DNA of 64,000 nt from Guillardia theta CCMP2712 (Eukaryota > Protista > Cryptophyta), in assembly GCF_000315625.1 (NCBI RefSeq), contig NW_005434638.1:189300-253299 (forward strand), in the 5' to 3' direction. Both the position numbers and the translations under genes were made by a program. Shown here piece by piece: positions 1 to 13,300 of the stretch (positions are counted from its first letter, which is position 1; every line of letters begins with the position of its first letter). The notes beneath the pieces are model-generated. The model was not told the DNA's origin, searched no databases, and worked only from the letters and a program-made list of their open reading frames with translations.

Positions 1-22
1 TCATCATCATCATCATCATCAT

Positions 23-68
<46 letters not shown>

Positions 69-78
69 GTCATCATCG
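1..78. repeat. (TCA)n trinucleotide microsatellite, probably intronic in the CEP164-like gene
   Basis: Near-perfect TCA run from the window start. A minus-strand GT donor lies just upstream (~107) and all three minus frames stop before the run. Confidence 0.9.
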
Positions 79-107
79 ATAATCAGCTAGTATCCGGAAG
101 CATCACC

Positions 108-928
108 TCTCGAAACATCCAAGGAAGGGCACCAAGACAGCCTCCCGGACGATTTGCAACAGGTCACATTCCTGCGAAGAGCAAAGTCACAACCACTCGA
201 TCTGACGTGGCAGATGTACATGCTGGGGGTGAACATCATAGTACTGTGCCATGTCCAGAACCTGTCGGAGATCGCTCTCAGAGATGATATGCGTCTCCCA
301 ACATCAACTGACCTCTTCGTGGCTGATTGTGACAGGCTTGAGGGAATCATCATACTGAAAGCTCTCCTCTGGTTTTGATCGAACTTGCCCGATGAGATGA
401 GCTTCAAGGAAACATCGTCAGCATGCTGCACAAAGAGCATCTTCTCCGGCAAACATGACAGACACACAGGTTGGTCACGAAGAAACAAGTGCAATCTCAC
501 GAAGAAATAAGTGCAATCTCACCTTCTCCTGCCGCTTCTCCTCATAGAGCATCCTGTACTTGTGGAACAGCGGATGCTCCACTGTGCTCTCATCCGTCTC
601 ACTGGAGTGACCTGTCACCTTATCTTCCCGCTGGAAGCTGAAGCCCATCACCTGTTGTAGAAGTAGATGTCTCCCCGAGAGCTTGTATGCTCTGTCCATG
701 GCTCCGGCAGCTCTTCGCTCAGACATTGTTCTGCTATCATGTCAGGATACAACCTGGCTCTGCCCATCCCTCGACCACCTGCTATCCAGATAAGGTCTTC
801 CTCCTTGTCCACGTCGATCCCCAGGTACACAGCAAAGTCCAGCACCTGAAGGCAGGGCATCACCAGGCGCTGAATGGACCGCGGTCCTTTCCTACCTCTG
901 GAGGGTACCTCTTACTCTTCCTGGGCAT
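108..928 (-). CDS. CEP164-like N-terminal/WW-domain protein (multi-exon; may continue beyond the left edge)
   Basis: Manual splice gives MPRKSKRYPPE/VLDFAVYLGIDVDKEEDLIWIA/EQCLSEELPEPWTEHTSSRGDIYFYNR/...STVEHPLFHKYRMLYEEKRQEK. This matches the helical bundle plus WW pattern of CEP164 N-termini (LPxxW...GxxYFYN...EHP). Confidence 0.7.
479..522. repeat. 22-bp tandem duplication covering an intron 5' donor
   Basis: gaagaaacaagtgcaatctcac / gaagaaataagtgcaatctcac, one mismatch. On the minus strand each copy begins GTGAGA. Confidence 0.9.
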
Positions 929-1609
929 CTGCGGCGCCCTGAAAACCTGTACAAAGCAAGGATCAAGGAAATACACCACAGTACTGAAGTTCAGTGAAAG
1001 CTCCTGCATATCTTGCAGTCCTTCAGATCTTACAGCAAAGATAGCTGGACTGTAACTCCCTTAAGGACCGAGTTGTCATCCTCAACAGCCCACAATCGGC
1101 TTCTACCTAGCTAACCACGCTGTCTCTTATCTGATCTCCTCTCTCCTCTCTCCCGTGTCTTGCTCTGCATATCCTCTCGATAGTCTATTCCTTGCATTTC
1201 CTTCAACTGAAGCGGAAGGAGTCGCTGGGGATGAGGGTCTGTCTGGTTTACTTAGATAACTGTTATTATTACTCTATTTTAAATAGACAATTCTGAGAGA
1301 CATCAATGATTACCCATGAAGATTAGTGCATGATATAGTGAGATGTTTGGGCAGCAACATCCAAGGTTTTAGGGTCATATTCCTGAGGGTGGGGTTGATG
1401 TATAGAGATGGTGGGGTACTTTAAAAGTAAGAAAGAGGGGTGGGAGAACCAAGAACGAGAAGGGTACCCTATGCTGCTTTGTGCGCTGTCCAATGGCAGA
1501 GGGGGGAGAGATGCGGGGGAGGGGGGGAGGGGAGGGAAGGAGTAGAAGAGGAAGGAAGAAGATGGCGATGGGAGACTACGAAGGAAGGGAATTCTGAGAC
1601 AAGGATTGA

Positions 1610-4600
1610 GATGGAGAGGGATCCATGGCCAGATCGTGAGTGGTTATCCCGAGGATGCGGTCCGCTGTCGGTCAGAGCATGAGATGGTAGTGGAAAGACT
1701 ACATGTGAGGTCGAGTCTTGCAAGACGATACAAATGATGGTGGAAAGTCTTGAAGGCATCCAGATACGAAGCTTTCCGATCCTCCTTGCAGCTCAATAGT
1801 TTTCTTGCAGGAGTGTCGAAGGACGATCGGAGGACTGCTCGCGGCGGATGTCTACCAGTCGACAACTTCTCGAAGTCTTGGACTGCAGAGAGTCAGTCAA
1901 CGTCTCATCTACTCCTCAACACCATGAGATCGATGGAATCTTCCTCTCCAAGTTGACTTCGAGCAAGGACGTCTTTCTCTACCTAGTCTCGACGTTCTCG
2001 CGCGCTGCACAATACGGTGGGTGGAAGCTTGTATCGCTCCTCTTGGCTCTCAGTGGTCCTTATCCGAACTGACGATCTTTTGAACAGGGGATCAAGACTG
2101 GGCGCAGTACGTCAGGCGTCAATGCATCTCATACTCTGCGCTAGTGTTGCTCCAACCAGGGAACTTTGCAGGGGCGAGCGCTCCTCCTCCCGATTTCGCG
2201 AGTTTGAAGTTGTTCCTGTTGGTTGAGGAGAGTGGACAACTCCGTGCTCCACCAGGCTTCGTTCAGGAGCTTCTGAGCAAGCTAGAGTCCCTTGAGCTTC
2301 CGCATTATCCGACTCCACACGGATGCCTGAAGAGTCTGATACTTGGAAACTCGAATAGCGTCATTCCCTACATCATCTCAAGGTTGTCCAAGAAGCAAGT
2401 GACAGATAACACTGCAGCAGAGTTCCTCATGATGGAAGAGCTGTGCAGCAACAAGGCAGCAATGAAGTTCTTGTTCGAGTCGCAGTACTGGACTCCAAAG
2501 GGAGTAAGCTTCAACATGGCTCAGATGATAGAGATGAAAACAATCTTGGGCTCTTTCTTGAGGCTAAGTTGTTATCCGGAATCACAGATTGTGGCTGGAC
2601 AGCTACAACCCATTCGTCACCCTGTCGGTCAGGATTGCTTCAGCGACTGCGTCCACAAAGCCAAGCTCGATATTGATAGCTCTGTTTCACAAGTACGAAC
2701 TTTCTTGCAGGTAATTTGTCACACTTTGACTTAGGTCGATCATTGACCGGATGTTTGCTTTTCCTGCCAGGCCTCTCAGGCCAAGACCCTCAACATGATG
2801 AAGATTATGCTCAAAGATTCGAATTCTCAACAAGAAGTGTTTTCATGGATTTCGACCGTCTTGAAACACAATGAGATTCGGCTTAAGCTAGGATACCACG
2901 TTGGATATCTCATGGCACGGTACTGAAAACGTTGGGTACGATAGTCAAGAAGTGACGTTTGAGTCGCTAGGTCAAGCTCTACAGGCTTCTTGTTTAATCT
3001 TCTCAGTGTACTTTTGAAACTTTGTAAACCGTTCGCCGACCCGGACCATCCAAAAGCATTATGGCACAAGATTGATTCTACGTGAGTGTACATGAGATCG
3101 AAACAGCTGTTTTGTGCAACAAGATTGTATTGTGTTTGCTCAATGTTTTTCTTCTTGGGTCACTGACTTGAGTACCGTGTGCAGTTGGCTGCTATCAAAG
3201 CATCGGATGGACTTGAGCAATGAAACTCGTCTGGCAACGACTAGAGGAAATGCGCATGGAGAAAAGTAAAGAAATGAGGGTGTGATTGTAGCCTGTCTTG
3301 ACGTTCTTGTGGTCGCAGTGAAGGTGGTGAAGATCACGAGGAATTGGAGCAAGATGAGCACATCGAAGTTAGCAAGAACTTTGGAACTATCTCTGAATAT
3401 TTCTTTTTGGCACTTCGCTGCCTCAATATTGTCCACCTCAGCCAGCAAGTCAAGGATTATGCCAAGATTAGTCGAGAGCTGCAGGAGAGAAACCATAGCC
3501 TCAATCAGTCAGCAGATGACGTCCATGAGAAGATGGCTGAGATCTCTGTACTCGTTGAGCGAAGGTTATGCTACGATGTGGTAATGCTCATAGCTTTGTC
3601 CATCATCGTTGTCGGCTCACAGCCTCTCAGGTTCTGATGGATCCAAACTTGGTGGACGAGCTCCTGCTCTTCGCTCGCCTGGTAGCCCGATGGTTGCTAC
3701 GGGTTGCTGACGCTCCTCCGACTATCTTACCTCTCCCGCCAAAGCCCTCAGCCATGTTCAAAGCCATCCCTGAGTTCTGCGTGGAGGGAGTGACAGACAT
3801 CTTAAGGATGGTAGCACAGATGAACATCCCGACGTTGGAGCTGATGGGCATGCCGATCCTGCAAGACTTGTTCAACTTCCTCATGGTCTTCTCTTCCAAC
3901 GATGTATATATCAGGAATCCCTACCTGCGAGGCAAACTGCTGGAGGTTATGAGCCTTTTGATACCTCGAGGGAGGAACGAAGGGTTCGAGCTGGGTGGAG
4001 GGTCCCTTGCGACCCTCTTCGAGGAGCATGACATCGCGCGCAAGTTCTTGGTCCCGACGCTCATCCGCTTCTACGTGGACATTGAGGTGACAGGGCGTGA
4101 TTATTCCAACAACCAGTTCTACGAGAAGTTTCACTACCGGCATTACATGGCGGAGCTGCTCATGTACATCATGAAGTTTCCTCATTACATCACAGCGCTG
4201 AAGAGAGAGAGCGAGAACGTCGCAGAGTTTGTTCGCTTTATCAACATGATGTTGAACGATATCATCCACTGTATCGACGAGGGTCTCTTGAAGCTGGCTG
4301 ACATCCGGAAGACTGAGTTCGAGAAGGCCGACACTCAAGCATGGAATGCAAAGTCGGAAGAGGAGCGGAACCAGGCGGAGCAGCACCTGCAGACCATGTA
4401 CGGTCAGGCAGGTTGGGGCCTTCAAGCAGCGACAGAGGTGTTGACGATGATGGAGAAGTTGACGAAGCATGTGCTGGATCCCTTCCTCCGTGCAGAGCTC
4501 GCTGACCGAGTGGCCGCCATGCTCAACTACGTGATTAAGACCATCGCAGGGCCTCGCTGCATCGAGCTGAAGGTGCAACATCCTGAGAAGTGTTACTTCA

Positions 4601-5427
4601 AACCCAAGGAGCTCTTGGCGCTGGTGGTTGAAGTCTTCATGAACCTTGCCAAGCATGAGAAGTTTGCGTTGGCGGTGGTGAGAGATGAGCGTTCTTACGA
4701 CCACGAGGTGACGAGGTTCTCAAGCTGAAAGATGCTCTGACAGTGTCGGCCAGGTCCTCGCTAAAGTCTATCGACTGATCAGGACGCACGCGTTGGAGGA
4801 TGAGTCCTTCTGCCAGCAGTTTCTGGTCCACGACTTGATGAACATCTTTCGTGACCCTGACGTCATTCCTGCAGGACTACACGCAAGTCCTTCAGGAATC
4901 GAAGCAGAATCAGATGGAGCTCGACGCCAAGATCGAGGAGGCACCGGACGAGTGAGAGGAGGGGAGTCATTCCTCCTTTCTCATGATCCTCAGGTTCCTC
5001 GATCCCATCACTCAAGACATCATGACGGACCCAGTCATCTTGCCGACCTCAGGTCGAGCTCGTCGCAGCTGCTCAACTCCGGTGACTCGTGCTGCAGGCA
5101 ACATCATGGACAGGCAGGCGATCATGCGCCACCTGCTCAGTGACGAGACAGACCCTTTCAACAGGATGAAGCTGACGCCCGACATGCTCCAGGTCCTCGC
5201 GCTCTTGACTTGTGGAGCAGGACTGGAAGGGAGATTGCCATAGAGGCCGAGAAAGAGGCCAGAGTGGGAGGAAGGGGGGGGTTGGGTGGGTGGGTGCAGA
5301 GGGGTTTGGTGGGCGCAACGCGCAGAACAGACATGGCGTGCTCATATTGGTATATTCTGAAATCTTTTGGCAGCCTGCAGAAGATTTGAAGAAGCGGATC
5401 AACGAATTCTTGGCTTCTAGGAGGTGA
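1610..5427 (+). CDS. UFD2: Ubiquitin conjugation factor E4 (Ufd2/UBE4) with C-terminal U-box; start codon uncertain
   Basis: Ufd2P core motifs [64 protein letters not shown]-box [42 protein letters not shown]; ends [13 protein letters not shown]. Confidence 0.95.
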
Positions 5428-5564
5428 AGTTTTCGAATTCCTCCTTTTCTCTGACCAAAATCTTGCAGAACATAATCGAGACATGCGGGTATGTTGCGAT
5501 TGAGAATGAAAACAACAGACAACAGACGATCCCGTCCCTGCCGCGCTCTTGTATTCACATCTTC

Positions 5565-7088
5565 TCAGAGCATCCAAAACCGCACGATGTTCTCAAGGCT
5601 CGCCACATGTTGATCCGAAGACATGTAGTCCGGGGCTCCTCCGCTTGAGTCAGAACTGCGGGCATGGCGATTAGTGCAAAGGAGAAATAGCAGGAGGAGC
5701 GGTGGCACCTGTTGGCAAACGCCATGATAGCAGGCGAGTTTGGCTTCTGGCTCCAAGAGAGGCAGGAGATGGAGGGCCAGACCTGTCCTTCATGTTCAGC
5801 AGCAGGAAGAAACGCTGTCCTTCACCTTGGCTTGGATCGCCGGGTTCGTAGCAGGAGGGAGCGAGTTCCTTGGATCCTCCGACTTGTACTCAGGCGTCCC
5901 GTCCCCGAAGAATCCCTTCTGCCCTCCTGCTGCCACCGGCCCCACGTTCCAAACGGTGAAGCGGCCGTCACCTCCTCCGGCAACCACAAGGTTCGGGTGA
6001 TTAGGCATCCTAGTCACCACATTCACAGCTCGCGCGGAACTTTGCGGCTGCCCTGCCATGGCCGGCTGGGTGAGGAGGATCTTGCGCTGCTGGGGGCCCT
6101 CTCCCTGGCGCAGCATGACGACACCCAGCTCGCCGTTGATGCCGCCGACAGCGAAGCCTTGAGGCTCCATCCCGTTGTTGAGGTTGCTGATGAGGCAGGC
6201 AGAGCGCGTCTGGAACATGAGGGGCGAGTAGGAGGGGAAGGAAGCGACGCACTGGGCCCCGTTCCTCACGTCGTGCAGTGAGATCAGCCGGTCACTCCCG
6301 GCAACTAGGAAGTACGGGCACAAGACATCCATCCCGTAGACTTTCCCCGGCACTTTGATCTTCGACATCGGCTGCAAGCTACCCTGTCGCACGTCCCACA
6401 GCGCCACCGTCTTGTCCCACGACCCTGTCAGGATGCCGTTGATCGACCAGCCGTCCTCGTTGTGCAGAGCCTTGCAGAACTTGATGCCTCCTTCGTGCCG
6501 TCCTCTCTCAGCCACAGCCCCGGCGTTTGCTCCCTTCTGCACGTCCCATGCCAGCAGCTTCCCTTCGCAAGTTCCCAACAGGAGCTCCATGCTCCTCGTC
6601 CATGCCGAGCAGAGGATCGGTTGCGGCATCTTCATGGGAGGGTTGTGAGCTGCTTGGACGGAGGCGACCGAGTTGTTCTGAGCATTGACAGAGAGGACGT
6701 GAACGTCTCCCTCCCAGCTCGTCACGGCAAGGTGGTTCTCCGTGAGACCCCACGCCATGGAGGAAGCGCTGAATTTATGTCCGTTGCCCAGGAGGAACCT
6801 ATCCACCCCTCCCTCGTTCGTCCATCCCCCCCCTGCCGATGGGAAAGCACTGCCATTTGATGAGAGACCTCCTCCTCCTCCTGCTCCCTGCCCAAAGCCT
6901 CCTGCTCCTGCCTGCCCAAAGCCTCCTCCTGCCTGCCCAAAGCCTCCTCCTGCCTGCCCAAAGCCTCCTCCAGCTCCCTGCCCAAAGCCTCCTCCTGCCT
7001 GAGGCTGACCGAATCCTCCTGCTTGACCGAATCCTCCACCTCCTGCTTGTTGACCGAATCCTCCTCCTCCAAATCCACCGAAGTTCAT
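5565..7088 (-). CDS. Rae1/Gle2 (Bub3-family) WD40 mRNA export factor-like protein with N-terminal GGFGQ repeats
   Basis: Motifs LTGSWDKTVALWDVRQ, PGKVYGMDV, SPLMFQTRS and GGGDGRFTVWN are typical of Rae1/Bub3 propellers. Two short 3' introns add VWPSISCLSWSQKPNSPAIMAFAN/SSDSSGG...RFWML*. Confidence 0.8.
6867..7082 (-). repeat. Coding FG repeat (GGGFGQ, 21-24 bp units)
   Basis: About 10 FG dipeptides in ~72 aa; DNA unit cctgcccaaagcctcctcctg on the + strand. Confidence 0.9.
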
Positions 7089-7390
7089 CGTAAGGGAGGC
7101 TGTAGAGGAGGCGTCTGCTGCCTTTCTCTACTCCGTGTCTCCTCCTTCCTCCTCCCCTCTGCTTCACTCTTCCAGCATCGCTCCCATTCCCATCATTCTG
7201 TCCGGGGGCAGCAATTTCACTCACCCGCTTGCCATATGAAAAGTTCAATACCCTAGAGGGCAGCAATTCCACCGCTCAAAAAATGGGCGGGCGGGAGAAC
7301 AGTTTCCCTCGTCATGCGGTGGTAGAGGAGAGGACATTGTGACGAGAGAGGAGCCGAAAATGGGAGAGGAGCAGAAGAGAAACAGAGATC

Positions 7391-10300
7391 ATGGAGGCCT
7401 TTCTTGCTGCAACGATGCTGTTCCTCTCTATGTTCTCTATGTGAAGGCGTGGAAACTCGATTTTTGAACTGTGACAGAAGGAAGGAAGAGAAAGATGAAA
7501 GGTTCAAGGAGTCAAACTGAACAAGTCAGTCCCGTCTCGAAGAAGAGGCCGACAACTTCGCCGGCCCACCATGCTGCCGTTGTGAAGTCAGATGCCGTCA
7601 CTAGGGTACTTGTGCATGTTTGAATCCGACGACGCTGAATTCTTTTTAGCGATTATTGATTGACGACATTGAGAAGAAATTGAAGAAGAGGATCATTAGT
7701 CAAGATGCAATCAGAACTATGCGTGCTCAGGTTGACGAGTTGGAGATGCAATCGAAACAAGTCGACCAGATCTACGAGGAGAAGCTCAAGGATTTGTTGG
7801 AGAAGAAGGTTTGTCAAATGACGAAAGTCATGTGCGAGGCTGTGGACTCAGCATTCTTTCATCCAGAGAAAGCAAGAGAGACAACGGGAACTTCTGGATG
7901 CTCATGAAACGGCGATACACTCTGCAGGTGTCGAACAAAGCTTCGCCTACCTTGTTGCTGATTGAAATCAACCAGTCCTGCGAGTGAACGGAGTGATGTC
8001 GGTCTTGAATGAATTTTCGAGCGACCTCGCAAAGAAGGTGATATTCTGCGTGATCGCAATCTATTGCCAAATTGACGAGATGGAATCTGTCAGATCCACA
8101 AGCTCAAAATGACAGTCGAAGAGTTGAAGGAGGTCAGTGATGAATGTTTCACTTCGATCCTCTTAAATCATGATGACAGGATGAGAGCACTATCAAGCAT
8201 AATTTTTCTGTGCAAGGTGATTACATCTACCTTGGGAGATTCTTTCTTCGAGGAAACATTTCCTTGAATCTGGCTCGCCTCCTGTGCCACGACAACTGAA
8301 TCTGATTTCGCAGATGTCGAATGGAATCATGCTTGCATGATGGAGTCTATACTAAATGAGGATAATCTTTCAATTGATTTGAATGATCTGAAAGAACAGG
8401 TTGATTTCCCTCTGATTGCTTTTGTCTTCTTGGTTTCTGTTCGATTTTGATGTGGAACTGCAGTGGAATACTCTGTCGTTCACAACATATTCTTCATGGC
8501 TCCCAACTCAGGTCTGTTTCGACCTGACCAACTCAATTCGCGGTTTTTATGTTTGATTCCCAGAAATCTCAAGTTGACCAATTTTGTGTCGAGGTTGCTC
8601 TTTCAATTCTATTGTTGGTTGTGTGAGATCTGTTGCTTCCAGGAGAAGTTGTCAATCAAGTCAGCTATTGAGAGTTGTGCTCAGCTGAACGCAAACGTGA
8701 CTGAGAATTTATTGCGCGTTTTCCTCTCTGAGAGTTTATCTGCTGCTTCAGGATTTGTTTCAAGATGAAGTGCAGGAGGTTCGCAAGGTAAATCCCGATT
8801 GTGTACGAGTTCGTTGTGCTGAAACGCTCATCGTCCAAGTCGAACCAAGAGAGAAAGTACGAGAAACTGATAACCGACCTGCGGGTCAAGAAGAGCCATC
8901 TTGTTTCAGAAAACGTGAAAAACTATCATCAGATGACATTTCCAGAGCTGAACTTTGTACAGAACAAGTTCCATGCAGCCAAGTCTGTAGCAAAAGACCA
9001 AGTGCAGAAAAGTTACTTGCAGACTCCAAAATTGCGGCCAAAATCTGCCAGACTAGAGAAACCACAGGTCGGGAGAGAACAAGGTTTTTCAATGCGACTG
9101 AACTTCTGCATGGATGCAGGATGAAGGTCCGGACTCGGGGAGTCAAAGCAAAGTCAAGAAGATTAAGGTGAGCATATCACCGTCCTCTCCGACAAAAGCT
9201 TTGCTCTGATCGATTTCCCGTAGAGTTCAGCATCAATTTCGAAGGTAGCTTAATCGCCGTTTGCCTATAAATTTTGGAGTGCCATTTAAACTGATTGACT
9301 ATTTGGGTGGCAGCGTGCGATCTCCAGCTCAAAAACTGGATCCAATCGGAGTAAAGTACGTGTGTCTTTCATTCGTGTATTCGCGTTGACACTTGAAATA
9401 GATATCTGGTGAACAAGAGCCCAACTCAGCAGATGTTAAGCAACCACAGGTAGACCAAAACTCTCTTTTGAAAATTATTCCCTCACTTTGCCAATTTCAT
9501 CTTTCAAGAATGAAAGCTCGGAGAACCATCCGGTAACGAAATCCCTACCTTTGTTGCTTGACCTCAAACTTTGCGTTTCCACAAAGATCAAAGATACCAA
9601 TCAAAGCAGGAGCTCGAAGAGGCCAGAGAAGAAATTAAGTGATGTATTGCCTACGAAGAGCAAATCAACCAGCAAGGTGCTAGTGCCTCCTCGTCCAAAA
9701 ACGGTCAATGAGAAATCGGGAAAGAGCTTGGCTGTCAAGGACCAAGGAGCCCCGGTAAAGACAAAGCTTGTGAAGGAGAAAGAGCAAGAGGTCAAGAGCA
9801 AGGCAGCTGACGAGGAGAGCAACTCCAATGTCCAACTGGAGACCCAGCTGAAGTCCGAAACTCTTTCACAACCTGCGAAGTTGCGCACAGAGCCCTCAAA
9901 ACCGTCTGCTGTTGAAGAGAAACCTAAAGACAACGTTCAGCAAGAGAGCTCATCCCAGCAGGGAAAGCAAAGTGTGAATGTGGATGAGCATCGAGATGAG
10001 ATGAGATCGAAGACTGGAGAGCAGGAGGGCAAGTCTAGCACAGACTCTCACAAGCGTTCTGAAATGCATGACAAGCCGTGCTCAGAGCAAATTCTTCGCG
10101 ACCGTTCAGAAGATGCCGAGCAGAAGCCTCACGAACAAGACGCCAGGCGCGAGATCAAGACTCCGCAGGCGCAAGAAATGGTGACCGAGAGCAAGATAGA
10201 GCCAATGTTTGAACGAGAGATCAAGCCGCAGAAGCAGGAGCAGCAGGAGGCAGTCAAGCCGCAGCAGGAGCAGGAGCAGAAGCAGGAGGTCAAGCCGCAG

Positions 10301-13300
10301 CAGGAGCAGGAGGAGGTCAAGCTGCAGGAGGAGGCCAAACAGCACGAGCCGCAGCAGCAGCCTGTCAAGCCGCAGCAGCAGGAGGCGGTCCAGCAGCAGC
10401 AGCTGGAGCTGGAGGAGGAGGAGGCGGTCAAGCCGCAGGAGCAGAAGCAGGAGGAAGTCAAGCCGCAGCAGCAGCAGGAGAAGGAGGACATCAAGCCGCA
10501 GGAGCAGAAGCAGCTGGAGCAGGAGATCAAGCAGGACCACCAGCAACAGCAGGACCAGCAGCAGGAAGTCAAGCCGCAGCAGGACCAGCAAGCCGTGGTA
10601 GCGCAGTCTCAGAATGAAACTGCTTCGCATCCAGCAGACACACCCGATGCTTCGGTGTCGTCGTCTGAAGGCAAGACAGGAGGAGGAAGCTCTGGGTCAG
10701 GAGCAGCGACTTCGACGGTGAGGGGGAGGTCAAGGGAAGGAGGAGGTCTGACGGACTGTAAGCAGAAACCTCGAGCTGGAGGCAGGCAGCTGGAAGAGAG
10801 GTCGCTAAGCGGAGGCTTGGCAGGAATGTTCGGAGGGTCGACCTCGATGTTTGGGGAGCCAAGTCCATGGGGCGGGGACTTTGCGCGGAAGCTGGTAGAC
10901 AAGAAGAAGGGGGGAGGAGGGGGGCCGTTCTTGAAGATGAAGGAGTCATTCAGCTTCTCGACGTCGAGGAAGCCAGGAGAGGAGGCGAAGCTTCCCTTGC
11001 ACATGCGGATCAACTCGCATCGCATCGCCGGGAAGCCTCCTCCAGATCAGGTGGCGAGGTCAAGCCCAAGTCCAGCTGGGCAAGGGGGGGCAGGGGTGGC
11101 TTTTGATTCTCCCTCTGCGAAGGCTGGCTTGAAGGGGTTCGCTCAGGACGAGGGCAGAACACCTGTAGGGGAGACAATGGACGCTGTCGTCCATACAGAA
11201 GGGTTGGAGGTCGATTCCCAGGAAGAGAATGTTGCAAAGTCAGAGTCACGGGAAGATCAACAGAACGTGGCTGGCGAGCATAATGCCAAGGATTCGGAAC
11301 AGGAGAAAAAAGCGAATCTTCACGATGATCCGATGAAAGAAACCATTATTAAGTCTCCTTTAGAAGCGGAAAGAAGTAAGCCTGGCGATCAAAATGTACA
11401 GGCAGCTGTAGAGGCTCAAGAACACGAATCCAAAACAGCACAGCATAGTGATAATCTAGCAATCAGGCCTCAATATCAAGAGGAGGTCAAACCGCACGAG
11501 CCACAGCAGAAGGAGGAGGAGCAGGAGATCAAGCCGCAGGAGCACAAGGAGGAGGAAGTCAAGCCGCAGGAGCAGCAGGAGCAGGATGTCAAACTGCAGA
11601 AGACGAAGCAGCAGCCGCAGGAGCAGGAGGAGGCGGTCAAGCCGCAGGAGGAGGAGGAGATCAAACAGCACGAGCAGAAGCAGGTGGTGGAGGAGGACAT
11701 CAAGCCGCAGCAGCAGAAGCAGGAGGAAGCGGTCAAGCCGCAGCAGCAGAAGCAGGAGGCAGTCAAGCCGCTAGAGGAGGAGCAAGAGATCAAGCCGCAG
11801 AAGCAGGAGAAGGAGGTCAGACAGCAGCAGCAGGAGCAGCAGGAGGCAGTCAAGCCGCAGGAGCAGGATCAGGAGAAGGAGGTCAAGCAGCAGCAGGAGG
11901 TCAAGCCGCAGCAGGAGCAGGAGGAGGTCAAGCTGCAGGAGGAGGCCAAACAGCACGAGCCGCAGCAGCAGCCTGTCAAGCCGCAGCAGCAGGAGGCGGT
12001 CCAGCAGCAGCAGCTGGAGCTGGAGGAGGAGGAGGCGGTCAAGCCGCAGGAGCAGAAGCAGGAGGAAGTCAAGCCGCAGCAGCAGCAGGAGAAGGAGGAC
12101 ATCAAGCCGCAGGAGCAGAAGCAGCTGGAGCAGGAGATCAAGCAGGACCACCAGCAACAGCAGGACCAGCAGCAGGAAGTCAAGCCGCAGCAGGACCAGC
12201 AAGCCGTGGTAGCGCAGTCTCAGAATGAAACTGCTTCGCATCCAGCAGACACACCCGATGCTTCGGTGTCGTCGTCTGAAGGCAAGACAGGAGGAGGAAG
12301 CTCTGGGTCAGGAGCAGCGACTTCGACGGTGAGGGGGAGGTCAAGGGAAGGAGGAGGTCTGACGGACTGTAAGCAGAAACCTCGAGCTGGAGGCAGGCAG
12401 CTGGAAGAGAGGTCGCTAAGCGGAGGCTTGGCAGGAATGTTCGGAGGGTCGACCTCGATGTTTGGGGAGCCAAGTCCATGGGGCGGGGACTTTGCGCGGA
12501 AGCTGGTAGACAAGAAGAAGGGGGGAGGAGGGGGGCCGTTCTTGAAGATGAAGGAGTCATTCGGCTTCTCGACGTCGAGGAAGCCAGGAGAGGAGGCGAA
12601 GCTTCCCTTGCACATGCGGATCAACTCGCATCGCATCGCCGGGAAGCCTCCTCCAGATCAGGTGGCGAGGTCAAGCCCAAGTCCAGCTGGGCAAGGGGGG
12701 CCAGGGGGGGCATCAGAAGCTTCGGTAGAAAAACCAAACCAAAATGAAGCAAAGTCGGTGGAGAATGATAGAACCAATCTGATGGAGAAGGTGGATGCCA
12801 AGCTTCAAAGTGAGGAGACTGTGGACAAAAGTATGAGCAAGGAAGCCCCCGGGGATAACGGCGAGGAGGCTGGGAAGGACAAGGGCGAGGAGGCTGTCAA
12901 GGACAAGGGCGAGGAGGCTGGGAAGGACAAGGGCGAGGAGGCTGGGAAGGACAAGGGCGAGGAGGCTGGGAAGGACAAGGGCGAGGAGGCTGTCAAGGAC
13001 AAGGGCGAGGAGGCTGTCAAGGACAAGGGCGAGGAGGCTGTCAAGGACAAGGGCGAGGAGGCTGTCAAGGACAAGGGCGAGGAGGCTGGGAAGGACAAGG
13101 GCGAGGAGGCTGGGAAGGACAAGGGCGAGGAGGCTGTCAAGGACAAGGGCGAGGAGGCTGTCAAGGACAAGGGCGAGGAGGCTGTCAAGGACAAGGGCGA
13201 GGAGGCTGTCAAGGACAAGGGCGAGGAGGCTGGCAAGGACAAGGGCGAGGAGGCTGTCAAGGGACAAGGGGCGAGGAGGCTTGGGAAGGATAAGGGCGAG

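Noticed and set aside
3802-4704. 300-aa antisense ORF within UFD2 (and similar shadow ORFs elsewhere)
   Set aside because: No recognisable motifs; expected from GC3-rich codon usage on the opposite strand.
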